This document shows positions 16,247 through 25,957 of a stretch of 41,764 nt of DNA, one piece after another. This DNA comes from a virus. The notes below the pieces were generated by a model. The model searched no databases and was not told the origin of the DNA. It saw only the letters and a program-made list of their open reading frames with translations. The position numbers and the translations under genes are program-made. Each line of letters opens with the position of its first letter. Within the stretch, counting starts at the first letter, position 1. The stretch lies in IMG/VR virus record IMGVR_UViG_3300034148_000087. One strand, given 5' to 3'.

Positions 16247-16804
16247 ATGGCGACGGCGCGAACGGTAACAAATGCGAAGGTGGTCCGCGGCCCGGCAGCA
16301 GTGTTCGTCGGCCCATGGGTCACGGCGAAGGGGGCGGGCACCCTGGTCGACATGGGCTACATTGCCGGACCGGTCACCATCCAGCCCAAGGTCGAGTTTC
16401 ACCGCATGGACGTGCAGGAACATCTGGCGCCCATCAAGGCCTGGCCGACGGCGCGCGGGGTCGAGATCAAGATCCCGATGGCCGAGGCCGATGCGGACAA
16501 GATGCGCCTGTCCACCATGAACCCGGCCGCGAACTTCACGGGCACTCCGCCGGCGAGCGTGGGGCTGATCGATGCCGATGCCGACGAGATGTACCTCCAG
16601 ATCAAGCTGGAGTCGGTCAAGGGCACGACCGGGACCCCGAGCACGGGATTCCGGGCGTGGACGTTCTGGCGCTCTATCATCACCGGCATCGAAGCCATCC
16701 CGCTCAAGAAGGATGGTGCCCAGGTGTACATCGTGACGGTCGAAGCCCTCTATGAGGATTCCGGGTCCGGCGCGGACACTCTTTTCAAGCAGGTCGATAC
16801 CTAG
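16247..16804 (+). CDS. Major tail tube protein (siphovirus-type)
   Basis: 185 aa after TAGGAG, immediately upstream of the chaperone and tape-measure genes. Beta-rich. Assigned by position. Confidence 0.55.
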   Translation: MATARTVTNAKVVRGPAAVFVGPWVTAKGAGTLVDMGYIAGPVTIQPKVEFHRMDVQEHLAPIKAWPTARGVEIKIPMAEADADKMRLSTMNPAANFTGTPPASVGLIDADADEMYLQIKLESVKGTTGTPSTGFRAWTFWRSIITGIEAIPLKKDGAQVYIVTVEALYEDSGSGADTLFKQVDT

Positions 16805-16819
16805 ACCCTCGGAGATCGC

Positions 16820-17467
16820 GTGCGGGTTCTTGATCTTGTTGACCGCGAGCTGCCGCTCACCATCGGGGGCCGCTCGTTCGTGCTGCGGCGCATTCGGCTG
16901 CGCACGGTGTTGCAGATCCTTGTCCGCTTCTCGGAGCAGCTCGATTCCTTTGCTCGCTCCGAGAAGCGAGACGTGGAAGACCTAATGCGGTCGCTGGAGA
17001 ATGACGAGCTCGCGGATTTTCTTGCCCTCCTGCTGGTGCCCTATGATGCGGACTTTCTTCGTAAGCAGTTGACTCTCGAGCTTGCCCAGCGCATCACCGG
17101 CCAGGTGGCGCTCATGAATAACGTGGAGCGCATCTGGGCCTCCCTGGCATTTTCGAAGGCGGGCGATTCGATTCAGGCTGACCTGGCCGAGTCGATGGAG
17201 GAGGCGGCGCCCGGCGTTCCCGAAATCCCAGCGCTGCTATCGGTCATTGACCTGGTGTGCGAACGCTACAAGCTGGATCCGATGAAGGTGATGGAATGGC
17301 CCTACGAGGCCTTTCTCACGATGACCGAGGTCATGGAATCGCGCGTGAAGGGTGCAGAGCGCCAGCACTTGCGCGAGCTGCTGCTGTCCCTGGGGCTGAC
17401 GCCGGAACTTGCCGACCAGCCCGGGGTGGAATTTGCCCCGATTCCGAAGCAGGGAGTGGAGCACTAG
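16820..17467 (+). CDS. Tail assembly chaperone candidate
   Basis: GTG after GGAGA. Acidic helical 215-aa protein in the canonical slot between tube and tape measure. Confidence 0.5.
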   Translation: MRVLDLVDRELPLTIGGRSFVLRRIRLRTVLQILVRFSEQLDSFARSEKRDVEDLMRSLENDELADFLALLLVPYDADFLRKQLTLELAQRITGQVALMNNVERIWASLAFSKAGDSIQADLAESMEEAAPGVPEIPALLSVIDLVCERYKLDPMKVMEWPYEAFLTMTEVMESRVKGAERQHLRELLLSLGLTPELADQPGVEFAPIPKQGVEH

Positions 17468-17468
17468 G

Positions 17469-19235
17469 ATGCCCGACCTGAATCTCAAGACGGTTATCGA
17501 GACGCAGCTGGACGGTAAGGGGTTCGATGACCTCAAGGACCGGGCCGAGAATGCGGCCAACTCTGTCGACCGGGCCGGAAAGAAAGCGACGGGGTCCAGT
17601 GAGCACTTCGAGAAGCTGGGAAAGAAACTTCCCAACACGGCCTTTGATCTCCTGTCGCGTGAGATGCTGCGCAACGCGGGGGTGCAGGAAGGCCTCGGCC
17701 CGCTGACGCGAGTGTCAACCACGGCTCTTGAATCCCTCGCAGCCGCGGGTAAGCTGACCGGCAGCGCCCTGGCCGGCGCGACACTCGGACTGTCGCTGTT
17801 GATCCCGCTGCTCGCGGCCCTTGCCTCACAGAGCGACGACGCATCCGATTCAACCACGGACGTGAAAGAGAGCACGGATACGCTGGTCGAGAGCTACCAG
17901 AAGCTCATCGACAAGGGTGTACCCCTTACGAAGTCACAGCGCGAATACCTGGGCGTGCTGAAAGAGGTCCAGGTCGAGGAGCGGAAGCGTGCCGAGGATT
18001 CCATCCAGAAACAGATTGATGCCCAGGAAAAGCTGATCAAGAGTACGGATTCCCTCTGGGGCGCCACGAAGCTTCTGGCCAAGGGAATGATCGATTTCTA
18101 CATCAGGGGCAAGGAGTACGTCTCGGTCGAAGACCTGATGTTTCAAAAGACCGAGAAGGCACGCCAGGAGCAGCAGCGTCTCGGTGGTCAGCTGGAGCAG
18201 TTGAAGAAAGCCCACGATGCTGGGTTTTCGAGCATCGCTGCGTATAACGCCAAGCTGGAAGAGGAGGCCAAGAAGTCGAAGGACGCTGCCGATAAGACCG
18301 CGGAGCATGCGAAAAAGGTTGCCGAATTCCGGGCCGCCCTGGAAGGCCGCATCGCTCAGGAGAGCGCCAGCCTTGCGGTGGAGTCAGCTGAGACGGTGGC
18401 TGCGAAAGAGGAGGCCATCGCGAAACAGGAAGCCGTTGTGCTGGCCGAGCAGATCAAGGCGGCACAGAAGGCCGAAGCCACCCTTCACCAGCTGGACGAG
18501 CTTCGCGCACTCAGCCACGCACGAGTACTACAGAGGATCCGCGTTGAGGAAAAGCGATGGGCGACCGACCAGGAGAAGATGATTTCGGACGGGCTGAAGA
18601 AAAACAAGGAGGAGGCCCGCGAGGTCATCGCTAACCTGGAAATGGAACGGCAGGCCAAGAAAGAAGCGCAGGCCGAGAAGGAAGCCCTCGCCGCGCAGGA
18701 TATTCAAATTGCCCAGGCTGGTATCGCCACGGTCGGAACCATCTTTGGAAAAAACAAAGCGGTGGCGGTGGCGCAGGCCCTGGTGGATACCTATGCAGCG
18801 GCGAATGCCGCGCTCAAGAATCCCCCGGGCCCCCCTGTTTCTCTGGCGTATGTCGCCCTGGCCGTGGCCACTGGGTTGAAGAACATCCAGTCCATCGAGA
18901 ATGCGCAGCCCGCCGGCTTCGATGATCCTCAAAACGACGCGATCCTGGCCGGGGCGTTCCGTAACTTTGGCCGCAAGTGGGCTGCGGACGCGGCCAACAT
19001 CGCCACGAATTCTGCAGCGCGTGGATTCGGAGAAGGAGCGGGTCAGTTCGGTCAGAGCCAGGCACCCGGATCGGTCATCCACCAGAACACCAAAATCGAC
19101 CGAGGGACCCACATCGGTTCGATGACTTTCAATGGTTCGTATTTCACTCCGCGCCAGGCGATGCTGGAAATGGAACGCCGGCGCATTAAGATTGAGCGCG
19201 TCGAGAACCGGACCCGCAGGAGAAATACTACGTGA
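17469..19235 (+). CDS. Tape measure protein
   Basis: 588 aa (ATG is residue 21 of the track ORF). A hydrophobic segment (LAGATLGLSLLIPLLAALAS) is followed by long Ala/Glu/Lys coiled-coil-like sequence. Canonical position. Confidence 0.75.
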   Translation: MPDLNLKTVIETQLDGKGFDDLKDRAENAANSVDRAGKKATGSSEHFEKLGKKLPNTAFDLLSREMLRNAGVQEGLGPLTRVSTTALESLAAAGKLTGSALAGATLGLSLLIPLLAALASQSDDASDSTTDVKESTDTLVESYQKLIDKGVPLTKSQREYLGVLKEVQVEERKRAEDSIQKQIDAQEKLIKSTDSLWGATKLLAKGMIDFYIRGKEYVSVEDLMFQKTEKARQEQQRLGGQLEQLKKAHDAGFSSIAAYNAKLEEEAKKSKDAADKTAEHAKKVAEFRAALEGRIAQESASLAVESAETVAAKEEAIAKQEAVVLAEQIKAAQKAEATLHQLDELRALSHARVLQRIRVEEKRWATDQEKMISDGLKKNKEEAREVIANLEMERQAKKEAQAEKEALAAQDIQIAQAGIATVGTIFGKNKAVAVAQALVDTYAAANAALKNPPGPPVSLAYVALAVATGLKNIQSIENAQPAGFDDPQNDAILAGAFRNFGRKWAADAANIATNSAARGFGEGAGQFGQSQAPGSVIHQNTKIDRGTHIGSMTFNGSYFTPRQAMLEMERRRIKIERVENRTRRRNTT

Positions 19236-19591
19236 GCGATCAGTTTTTAGACGTTCAGGAACCAGGAAGCCCGACGGCCAAAATTGACGGGGAAGAGCTC
19301 ACGGTCGGAGGGAATACCGTCTTCCGGGAACGGACGGAGATTGCCGGCGCGAACCCTCTGGAAGTGTCCCGGGTTGTCAATTCGGCGCCAGTCGGGACCG
19401 AGTACGGGCTGGTCACGCGACCTATTGTCGCCAACCCGCTTCCCGTCACGCTCGCTTCCTCTGATCCGATTCCAGTTACAGTCGCCTCGGCCGATGGTTC
19501 GGAATCGACGGCGATGCGCAGGCTGCTCGAAGAAATACTCATCGAGCTGAAGACCATGAACGAACGATGGGAAGGAGGGAGCGAACAATGA
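19232..19591 (+). CDS. Hypothetical tail-module protein (119 aa)
   Basis: GTGA overlap with the tape-measure stop. Confidence 0.55.
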   Translation: MSDQFLDVQEPGSPTAKIDGEELTVGGNTVFRERTEIAGANPLEVSRVVNSAPVGTEYGLVTRPIVANPLPVTLASSDPIPVTVASADGSESTAMRRLLEEILIELKTMNERWEGGSEQ

Positions 19592-20232
19592 TCTCAGAGG
19601 GAAGGGTCGGTGTGGTCGTAGGGGCCGACGGGGTTCAGGAACCGGTACGGCTCGATCGAACGCTCGCGCAGGTCATCACGCAGGCCCACGGGCGGTACGG
19701 GGAGATCGTTCGGCGGGGGAACGTTTACTCGTTCGCGACCGCGCTCGCCGGGGTGACCGCCGCGGCCGGGATGGTCAGCCCGCTGGCCGCTGGTGCGACA
19801 CCTTTGCTGGCCGTCTATAACCCGAGCGGGAGCGGGAAGAACCTGGAGCTTCTTTTTGCCTATGCCTTCAACGTCAGTGGCACTCCTGCGGCCGGACCGA
19901 TGGCGTACAGCCTTGGACCGACGGCGCTGGTCACTGCCGTGGGTGCGCAGCCTACGAGCAATCTTTCCGGCATTGCGCAGGGTTCAGTGGCCCGAGGGTT
20001 TTCGAACTCGGCCCTGACTGGAAGTTCTGCGCTTCTGACAGTCCGTCCCGCATTTTTCTCGCAGGTCGGTACGCCTGGAGCCATCGCAGCCGCGCAGCCG
20101 GCGATTTACCAGGACGAGCTGAGCGGGAGCATCATCGTCCAGCCCGGATCGCTTGTCGCGATTTGCCCAGCGGGTGCCGGGACGACCTACGTCCTGGGGT
20201 GTGCGCTGACCTGGGAAGAAGTTCCGGTCTAA
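19588..20232 (+). CDS. Hypothetical beta-rich tail-module protein (214 aa)
   Basis: ATGA overlap (residue 8 of track ORF 19567..20232). Ala/Gly/Ser-rich beta pattern. Function unknown. Confidence 0.6.
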   Translation: MISEGRVGVVVGADGVQEPVRLDRTLAQVITQAHGRYGEIVRRGNVYSFATALAGVTAAAGMVSPLAAGATPLLAVYNPSGSGKNLELLFAYAFNVSGTPAAGPMAYSLGPTALVTAVGAQPTSNLSGIAQGSVARGFSNSALTGSSALLTVRPAFFSQVGTPGAIAAAQPAIYQDELSGSIIVQPGSLVAICPAGAGTTYVLGCALTWEEVPV

Positions 20233-20238
20233 CTCACT

Positions 20239-23196
20239 ATGGGCGTCGGGAAGCTGTCGTCGCTGCTTTGGCCGGCGGCTCCCCCGCCGCCTCCTCCTCC
20301 GCCAGGACCTGCTATGCCCCAGCGCTTTTACTACGACGACAACAACTATTGGAATGGCGGCACGTCGAACCCAGCCACGCCCGCCTATCATTCCGGGTGG
20401 CATGATCTCAACGGGGCGCTTCGTGTCTCACTGAAGCAGGGGCATCCCGGCAACGCCTTCTCCAACATGACCATACAGAAAAGCACTGCTGGGTCGCCGA
20501 AGTATGGGCTGCATCGGGTGTACGTGAGCGATCCTTTGCCACAGGCCTTTACGCTGTCCGGGACGGTGCGCGGGCAGATGATGTGTGTGGAGCAGAACGC
20601 GGCGAACGACGAGATGCGGGCGGTGGTGATCCGCATCTGGAACTCCACTACGAACAGCTTCCGTGCCCCTGCAGTGCTGGTCCATCTTCCTTCGGCGCTG
20701 GAGAGCGAGTACTCCGCGGTCGGGACCATTAATCACTTCTTCCCACCCGAAACGTCCATCACGCCAGTCAACGTGCTGAAGGGTGATCGGATCGTGGTCG
20801 AGGTCGGTACGGCCTTTTTTGCAGCCGGCACCGGGGCCGGGATCACTTCACAGCTTGAGACGGGGAATCCCAGCATCGCGGCCGACCTGCCCATCGATGA
20901 GAGTTATACCGTGCCGCAGCGCGTGTCGTGGATTGAATTCAGCATGGCCTTCCCGGGTGCCGCTCAATCGTCCCCTGGAGTTATCCGGCCACCGGGCACA
21001 GGAGAAGCAACCGGTGGTGGTGCCGCTAAGTTCCTGTTCGAGCTGACGGCTCCGACTGGCCAACGCTACGACGTTACAGACCGCGTGCCCCTGGATGGAC
21101 TGGCCACCATCTCTCTACTCATCGAACGCAACCTCCACCAGTTCCGTGCGGGCGATATCGACCTCACGCTGGACGATGGAGATGGGTTTTTCTCGGATCT
21201 GTTCGAGGGAATCAAAGCCAGCGACCGGTGGCATCTGACGGTGGACCGGGATGGGGCGCGGCACTTCGCGGGCCTGGTTCCCGGTATCGATTCCATTCGG
21301 TTTAAGAAAAAGGATCGCCTTTGTGAAGTGCACGCCCTGGATCTTTCGAAGGGCCTGGAGGACGTCCCCTCTGACGGTGTTTCTCGGCCCGACAATATTT
21401 ATGCCCTCGGGGCCAACATCTCGATTTCAAATACCACGATCACCCTTAACAGCACGGCGGGATTGTTCAACACAGATCGGTTTTCGGTGACTGAAGACGG
21501 CGTCTCGGAGGAGTTCACCATCGCGTTGATCCTGAGCTCCACCCAAGTCCAGGTGACCTCTGGCGCGGCGAATGCTTTCACGGCCGCAGGTGCGACGGTC
21601 CAGCTGGTGACGAAATTCTATCGATTCGCCACTCCGGACTTTCTGGTCAATGCGCTACTGGACGAGGCCGGAAACTTGATCAATGGCAGATCGGTGGATG
21701 CGTCTGCGCCCTTTGCCGGCAGCCCCATCTTTTCCGAGGCGAGCACTCAGGGGCTTCCATCGACGGCCGTTCCGAACGCGTTCCTTCAGAAGGCGGCGAA
21801 GCACTTCGTCCGCGTGGGAAGCGCGGTCTTCGACCAGCTGACGCCCGACGCGAACTGGGCCTCGGCGGGGACCGACCGCCAGTGGATCGACTGGTCCCCA
21901 TACCGCACGCAGGCCGAGGGGGAGCCGGCGACGTTCGCCACGACGACGGGGGCGCTCGACCCGGAGGTACTTGGCGTGGACTTAACCCCGGGTGCCCTGG
22001 TCTTGTATCGCGTCGCCATCAACCCGGGTGACTCGCGTCAGGTCATCCTGAACAAGTACACCTCGGCGGACGGGATCACCTGGGCCGGGCCGTCGCTCGT
22101 TTCGACACTGGGGGACAACCTCGTCCTCGGGTTTGACATGCACTTCGCGAGCGGTGACTACGATTCCGTCAGGAATCGCGTCTACTACGCCTGGGACGGG
22201 GACCTCGGAAGTCAGTTCGGCTACTGGGACGTCGCGGGCGCCGCGAGGGTCATTCTGGATACGAGCGACGCCCGCGCCATTGCGGCGAATGGAAACGTCC
22301 GCTACTCGAAGGAATTCGATGGCCTCGTGGTCTACAACTCGACGCAGAAGGTGATTGAGATCTGGAGGGGTACGAGCATCGTGCTGGCCTATTCGGGTGG
22401 CCTGGCTTCCAACTGGTCACCGAAGCAGACGCGCTATTTTAATGGGGTCTGGTACACCGTCGGCTACCCACAGGGGATTCCCAGCGTGCTGTTCAGCAAT
22501 GATAATTTCGCCAATGTGCAGCAGATCCTTCTTGCCGGGAAGCCCGCGGGCGGTGTCACCACTCGCCACCTGACCATCGTGAACGGAACCGTGCGCGTTG
22601 TGGTTAATGCCGCTCCGAATATTGGAACGACAGCCATCGCCCGCTACTACGTGGCCTCCTCGACGGACCAGTGGACGATTGCCTACGCTGACTTCTCCGG
22701 GCAGTCCCTCATTAATTCCCTGGACGATATTGCCATCGTCTTGAATGCTGTGTTTTTCATCGACGCTCAGGGCGTGGCTCACTTCCACCCACGCCGCGGC
22801 GATTCTGGCACCGAGATCAAAGTGCTGGATGATCTCATTCTTGAGCAGGAGGAGGACCCTGTCTGGCTGGAACTCTACGATTACGTGGAGTTCACTCTGC
22901 CGGCTGGAGGAATCGCCTCGGCCGGGCAAAAGACCTCGGTGTCGCGGAACCTTACCGTTCAGGTGCAGTTCGTCTCGACCGACGTTGTGGCGGCTTCGAT
23001 CGCCACTACGATTCATTCTTTTTTCAGCAAGGAGCGTAGACACCTGAGCTTGGAGCTGTTCGATGATGGTACTGTCTACAATCTCTTGGACCCAGTCCGA
23101 ATTTTCGGAAGCGACTGGCTGGTGTACTCGGTGGATCGGGATCTTCTTGGGTTCGAGCTGCGCATGGAAGTCATTGAGAAATTGGAGGACGACTGA
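20239..23196 (+). CDS. Large tail-tip / baseplate protein (distal-tail-protein-like core with an N-terminal beta-sandwich domain)
   Basis: 985 aa downstream of the tape measure. Residues ~270-390 (FLFELTAPTGQRYDVTDRV...IDLTLDDGDGFFSDLF...HLTVDRDGARHFAGLV) resemble siphovirus tail component/Dit-type modules. There is an N-terminal poly-Pro tract. Confidence 0.5.
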   Translation: MGVGKLSSLLWPAAPPPPPPPPGPAMPQRFYYDDNNYWNGGTSNPATPAYHSGWHDLNGALRVSLKQGHPGNAFSNMTIQKSTAGSPKYGLHRVYVSDPLPQAFTLSGTVRGQMMCVEQNAANDEMRAVVIRIWNSTTNSFRAPAVLVHLPSALESEYSAVGTINHFFPPETSITPVNVLKGDRIVVEVGTAFFAAGTGAGITSQLETGNPSIAADLPIDESYTVPQRVSWIEFSMAFPGAAQSSPGVIRPPGTGEATGGGAAKFLFELTAPTGQRYDVTDRVPLDGLATISLLIERNLHQFRAGDIDLTLDDGDGFFSDLFEGIKASDRWHLTVDRDGARHFAGLVPGIDSIRFKKKDRLCEVHALDLSKGLEDVPSDGVSRPDNIYALGANISISNTTITLNSTAGLFNTDRFSVTEDGVSEEFTIALILSSTQVQVTSGAANAFTAAGATVQLVTKFYRFATPDFLVNALLDEAGNLINGRSVDASAPFAGSPIFSEASTQGLPSTAVPNAFLQKAAKHFVRVGSAVFDQLTPDANWASAGTDRQWIDWSPYRTQAEGEPATFATTTGALDPEVLGVDLTPGALVLYRVAINPGDSRQVILNKYTSADGITWAGPSLVSTLGDNLVLGFDMHFASGDYDSVRNRVYYAWDGDLGSQFGYWDVAGAARVILDTSDARAIAANGNVRYSKEFDGLVVYNSTQKVIEIWRGTSIVLAYSGGLASNWSPKQTRYFNGVWYTVGYPQGIPSVLFSNDNFANVQQILLAGKPAGGVTTRHLTIVNGTVRVVVNAAPNIGTTAIARYYVASSTDQWTIAYADFSGQSLINSLDDIAIVLNAVFFIDAQGVAHFHPRRGDSGTEIKVLDDLILEQEEDPVWLELYDYVEFTLPAGGIASAGQKTSVSRNLTVQVQFVSTDVVAASIATTIHSFFSKERRHLSLELFDDGTVYNLLDPVRIFGSDWLVYSVDRDLLGFELRMEVIEKLEDD

Positions 23197-24128
23197 TGAT
23201 CCGCTGGTACCCGATGGTGCGGGCGAAGTCCCAAGTGGGGGGGCATCCCATCGAGTACGACATGAAGGAGCTCCAGTCCCTCACCCGCTGCCTGGTTACT
23301 TACCCTGCCCTGGTGCGTGATCTGGAAACCGTGCGCCGTCAACTGCGGCGGAAGCGTTTCGGCACCCGGCCCGTGGTGGAGCTCCAGTTCGAAGCGAAGC
23401 ACACGGCTGATCTGAACACCACGGCCCGGTACCAGGTTGTCGGGACAAACCAACTTCCCGCGGCCAACGACTTCAGCTCGCCGGCGTGGACCGCTCAGGA
23501 TGCCACGCTTACTCCGAATGTGGGGCGGGGTCCACTGGGAGCCACCGACGCTGACCTGATCGCTGATGCGTCTGTGCCCAACACGGGGCTGCTGTTCGCG
23601 CGCGTCATGTCCACTGGAAGTCTCTTTGCTCACCAGAGCAAGACGGCGCTGTTTTCGGTCTTTGTCCGCGCGGATGTCCCCCATCCCGCGCGCATCGATA
23701 TCCGAGCGAATGCCAGTCCCGACCTACAGGTCACGAAGGATTTCCAGGCGGAGAAGGTCTGGCGCCGGCAGGTGGTTCGCAATACCTTCAACACCTCGCT
23801 GACTACCGATCGGTCGTCGTGGGCGTTCATCACTCCGGCGCCCAACGGCACCGGCGAGATGCATGTGGCCTATCCGGACATGAGGGAAATCTTTGCGATG
23901 CCCGGGACCGACGAGGAGATCCTGTCGGATCTTTACGGGAAGGTTCTCTCTGACGACTGGCTGATCGAGCTGTCACTCGATGGGGGTCTGACCTGGAGGG
24001 AAGTGCTCGCACAAGAGCATGAAATCTCTCTCGTCGAGGACAAGGCAATCGGCTTGGGCATCCGGTTCCTGTTCGAGTGCGCCACGCCCATCTTTACTCA
24101 GCCGCCCATACTGGACGGTACCTGGTAG
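23196..24128 (+). CDS. Tail fibre / receptor-binding candidate with a CBM-like domain
   Basis: ATG overlaps the previous TGA. NQLPAANDFSSPAWTAQDATLTPNVGRGPLGATDADLI matches the motif common in phage fibre carbohydrate-binding beta-sandwich domains (N.l..s.dfs...W.......t.......P.G...A..l). Confidence 0.5.
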   Translation: MIRWYPMVRAKSQVGGHPIEYDMKELQSLTRCLVTYPALVRDLETVRRQLRRKRFGTRPVVELQFEAKHTADLNTTARYQVVGTNQLPAANDFSSPAWTAQDATLTPNVGRGPLGATDADLIADASVPNTGLLFARVMSTGSLFAHQSKTALFSVFVRADVPHPARIDIRANASPDLQVTKDFQAEKVWRRQVVRNTFNTSLTTDRSSWAFITPAPNGTGEMHVAYPDMREIFAMPGTDEEILSDLYGKVLSDDWLIELSLDGGLTWREVLAQEHEISLVEDKAIGLGIRFLFECATPIFTQPPILDGTW

Positions 24129-24140
24129 AAAGGAGAACCC

Positions 24141-24338
24141 ATGCCGACCGTTCCTCCTACTTACGATGTGATGGTGAAGCGCACCCACAAGTTCTATGGG
24201 CAGGTGCAGTCTGACGATCCCCTCAAAGTCGCCAACCTCGCCAAGAGCATGCTTCAGGCCGGGGATCCGAAGCTGGTGGAGTACGATGTCACTTACTCCG
24301 TGAAGTCTGAACCCTTCGACCCGGACCTCATCCCATAG
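24141..24338 (+). CDS. Hypothetical protein (65 aa)
   Basis: ATG after AAAGGAGAA. Confidence 0.55.
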   Translation: MPTVPPTYDVMVKRTHKFYGQVQSDDPLKVANLAKSMLQAGDPKLVEYDVTYSVKSEPFDPDLIP

Positions 24339-24350
24339 ACCGGAGACGGG

Positions 24351-25184
24351 GTGTTTCAGAACGTCCTCAGTGATCCGGGCTTCGAAACCTCTGACGGGCT
24401 TTCCTTTCCCGGCTGGCAGTTCATTTTCGATCTCTGTGACGTCCAGGGAGCCAGCTTCAATGCGGTGCTTGGGAATGTCCGTTCGGGCCTGAAATCGCTG
24501 CGCCTCAACGCACGCTTTCTGGCGATTGGTCCCACGACGACGTGCGGGGGCGTCCTTCAAAACCTCTCTGGCTTGACGCCATTCGTCCCCTATGTCGGTG
24601 GCGTCTGGTGGAAATCCTCGGGGGTATTCCCGGCCGTTCAGGCTTTTTTCCAAGTTGAAAACTCGATTCTTGCAACCATCGCAGGCAACACCGGTTCGGT
24701 CTGGAGGTTCCAGGGAGGGCTTTTCTATCCGCAATCCTCTTCCGCGGTCTGTTATATAGTCCAGACCCCGGGGACAACGAACATTGCCCAGGCCCGCTAT
24801 TTCGACGATGCCATTTTCGTGCGCGTAGAGGACCTCGGGAACGCCGAAATGATCGCGCAGGCGCTCAGTGCCGACCTTTTTGATCCGGCAGCGCTTGGTG
24901 TTACGCAGTCAGGATTGATGCTTCGGTCGGCGATTACAGCGCCCTTTGTCGTTGGAGCTGAGCCATCCGTGCAGGGAGCGCCCCGGTCGAGGGTGGCTCC
25001 GCTATCGCTCTCGGGTGGCGTGGATCCGTCGCCGTCGAAGCGAGCCACACTTGCGGCGCTACTTACGCTGGCCGGCGACCTTGATCCTGACCCAGCAAAA
25101 CGCCTGAAGGTGACAGTCGAGTCGAAGTCACTGGAAACCGCGATTGCCTCTCTCGCCGCGAGGGGCATTATTTCGAAGCCGTAG
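24351..25184 (+). CDS. Tail fibre candidate with a CBM4_9-like N-terminal domain
   Basis: The N-terminus NVLSDPGFETSDGLSFPGWQF...RSGLKSLRL matches the N..FE......W pattern of CBM4_9-type beta-sandwiches. Ala/Pro-rich C-terminus. Confidence 0.45.
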   Translation: MFQNVLSDPGFETSDGLSFPGWQFIFDLCDVQGASFNAVLGNVRSGLKSLRLNARFLAIGPTTTCGGVLQNLSGLTPFVPYVGGVWWKSSGVFPAVQAFFQVENSILATIAGNTGSVWRFQGGLFYPQSSSAVCYIVQTPGTTNIAQARYFDDAIFVRVEDLGNAEMIAQALSADLFDPAALGVTQSGLMLRSAITAPFVVGAEPSVQGAPRSRVAPLSLSGGVDPSPSKRATLAALLTLAGDLDPDPAKRLKVTVESKSLETAIASLAARGIISKP

Positions 25185-25194
25185 GAGGCGCACC

Positions 25195-25569
25195 GTGCTA
25201 GAGGTAGACCAACAGACGTACAACTTTGCAGTCGACGCGGGGGACCAGGAGAAAATCAAGTTCACCCTGTTCAACGCTGACGGTACGCCTTTCGTTGGGG
25301 GAAGTGGCACCATTGCATTCATTGCCAAGCGCTCCCTCGACGACACCCTGGGCGAGGCGGTGATCAGTATCACGTCGAACATCCAGACGAACCAATGGGA
25401 TCTGACCAACTGGAATACCGGCATCGCCATCCTGGAGCTCCTGCCAGCCAATACGAATGCTCTTGCCGGAGAAAGACTTCAGTACGTTGCCAGGGTGCTG
25501 GACAGTTCCTCGAAGCCGCACACTCCCCGCAGAGGGCTGATGACCATTCGAAAGAATCCCGGGATCTGA
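25195..25569 (+). CDS. Ig-like / BppU_N-like tail accessory protein candidate (124 aa)
   Basis: GTG lies 6 nt after GTAGGAGG (residue 18 of track ORF 25144..25569). The pattern YNFAVDAGDQEKIKFTLFNADGTPF...LELLPANTNALAGERLQYVARV resembles Ig-like baseplate domains. Weak call. Confidence 0.35.
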   Translation: MLEVDQQTYNFAVDAGDQEKIKFTLFNADGTPFVGGSGTIAFIAKRSLDDTLGEAVISITSNIQTNQWDLTNWNTGIAILELLPANTNALAGERLQYVARVLDSSSKPHTPRRGLMTIRKNPGI

Positions 25570-25570
25570 C

Positions 25571-25957
25571 ATGCTGCTTTCTCTGCTCGCGCTTTTATGG
25601 ATGTGGGATCGGGTACTCACCGATTGCAGTGGCGCCCCCGAGGCCACGAGCTACTACTATCTCCAGGCGACGGTTCGCCTGAACGTCACGTCCACCTGTC
25701 TGGACGACCAGGGCCAGCCCTACAGCTGCATCATGACTCTGCCAGGAACTCCGATCCGGTTCACCACCGATATACCTGATCCGGGAACCGGAACCACCGT
25801 TTCGACCACTTTCGATCCGGTGGCGAATCCCGGGCCGCTGCTCCCCACACCTCCGATTGGTGGCCTCACTGCCTGGCCCTGGCCGTCGACTGATAATCCG
25901 TCCCCCGTTGTTTCGGTAGATAATGCCGGGAACAGGAGCTCACAGCCATGCCCATGA
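25571..25957 (+). CDS. Secreted or membrane-anchored protein (128 aa)
   Basis: Hydrophobic N-terminus MLLSLLALLWMW...VLTDC (the lipobox-like Cys is not canonical). Pro/Thr-rich C-terminal half. Confidence 0.55.
   Translation: MLLSLLALLWMWDRVLTDCSGAPEATSYYYLQATVRLNVTSTCLDDQGQPYSCIMTLPGTPIRFTTDIPDPGTGTTVSTTFDPVANPGPLLPTPPIGGLTAWPWPSTDNPSPVVSVDNAGNRSSQPCP

Noticed and set aside
16820-17467. Programmed -1 frameshift (G/GT-type) in the tail assembly chaperone
   Set aside because: By eye I found no convincing slippery heptamer with an appropriately placed overlapping ORF. The 215-aa ORF runs uninterrupted up to the tape-measure start. A dedicated search could still find one.
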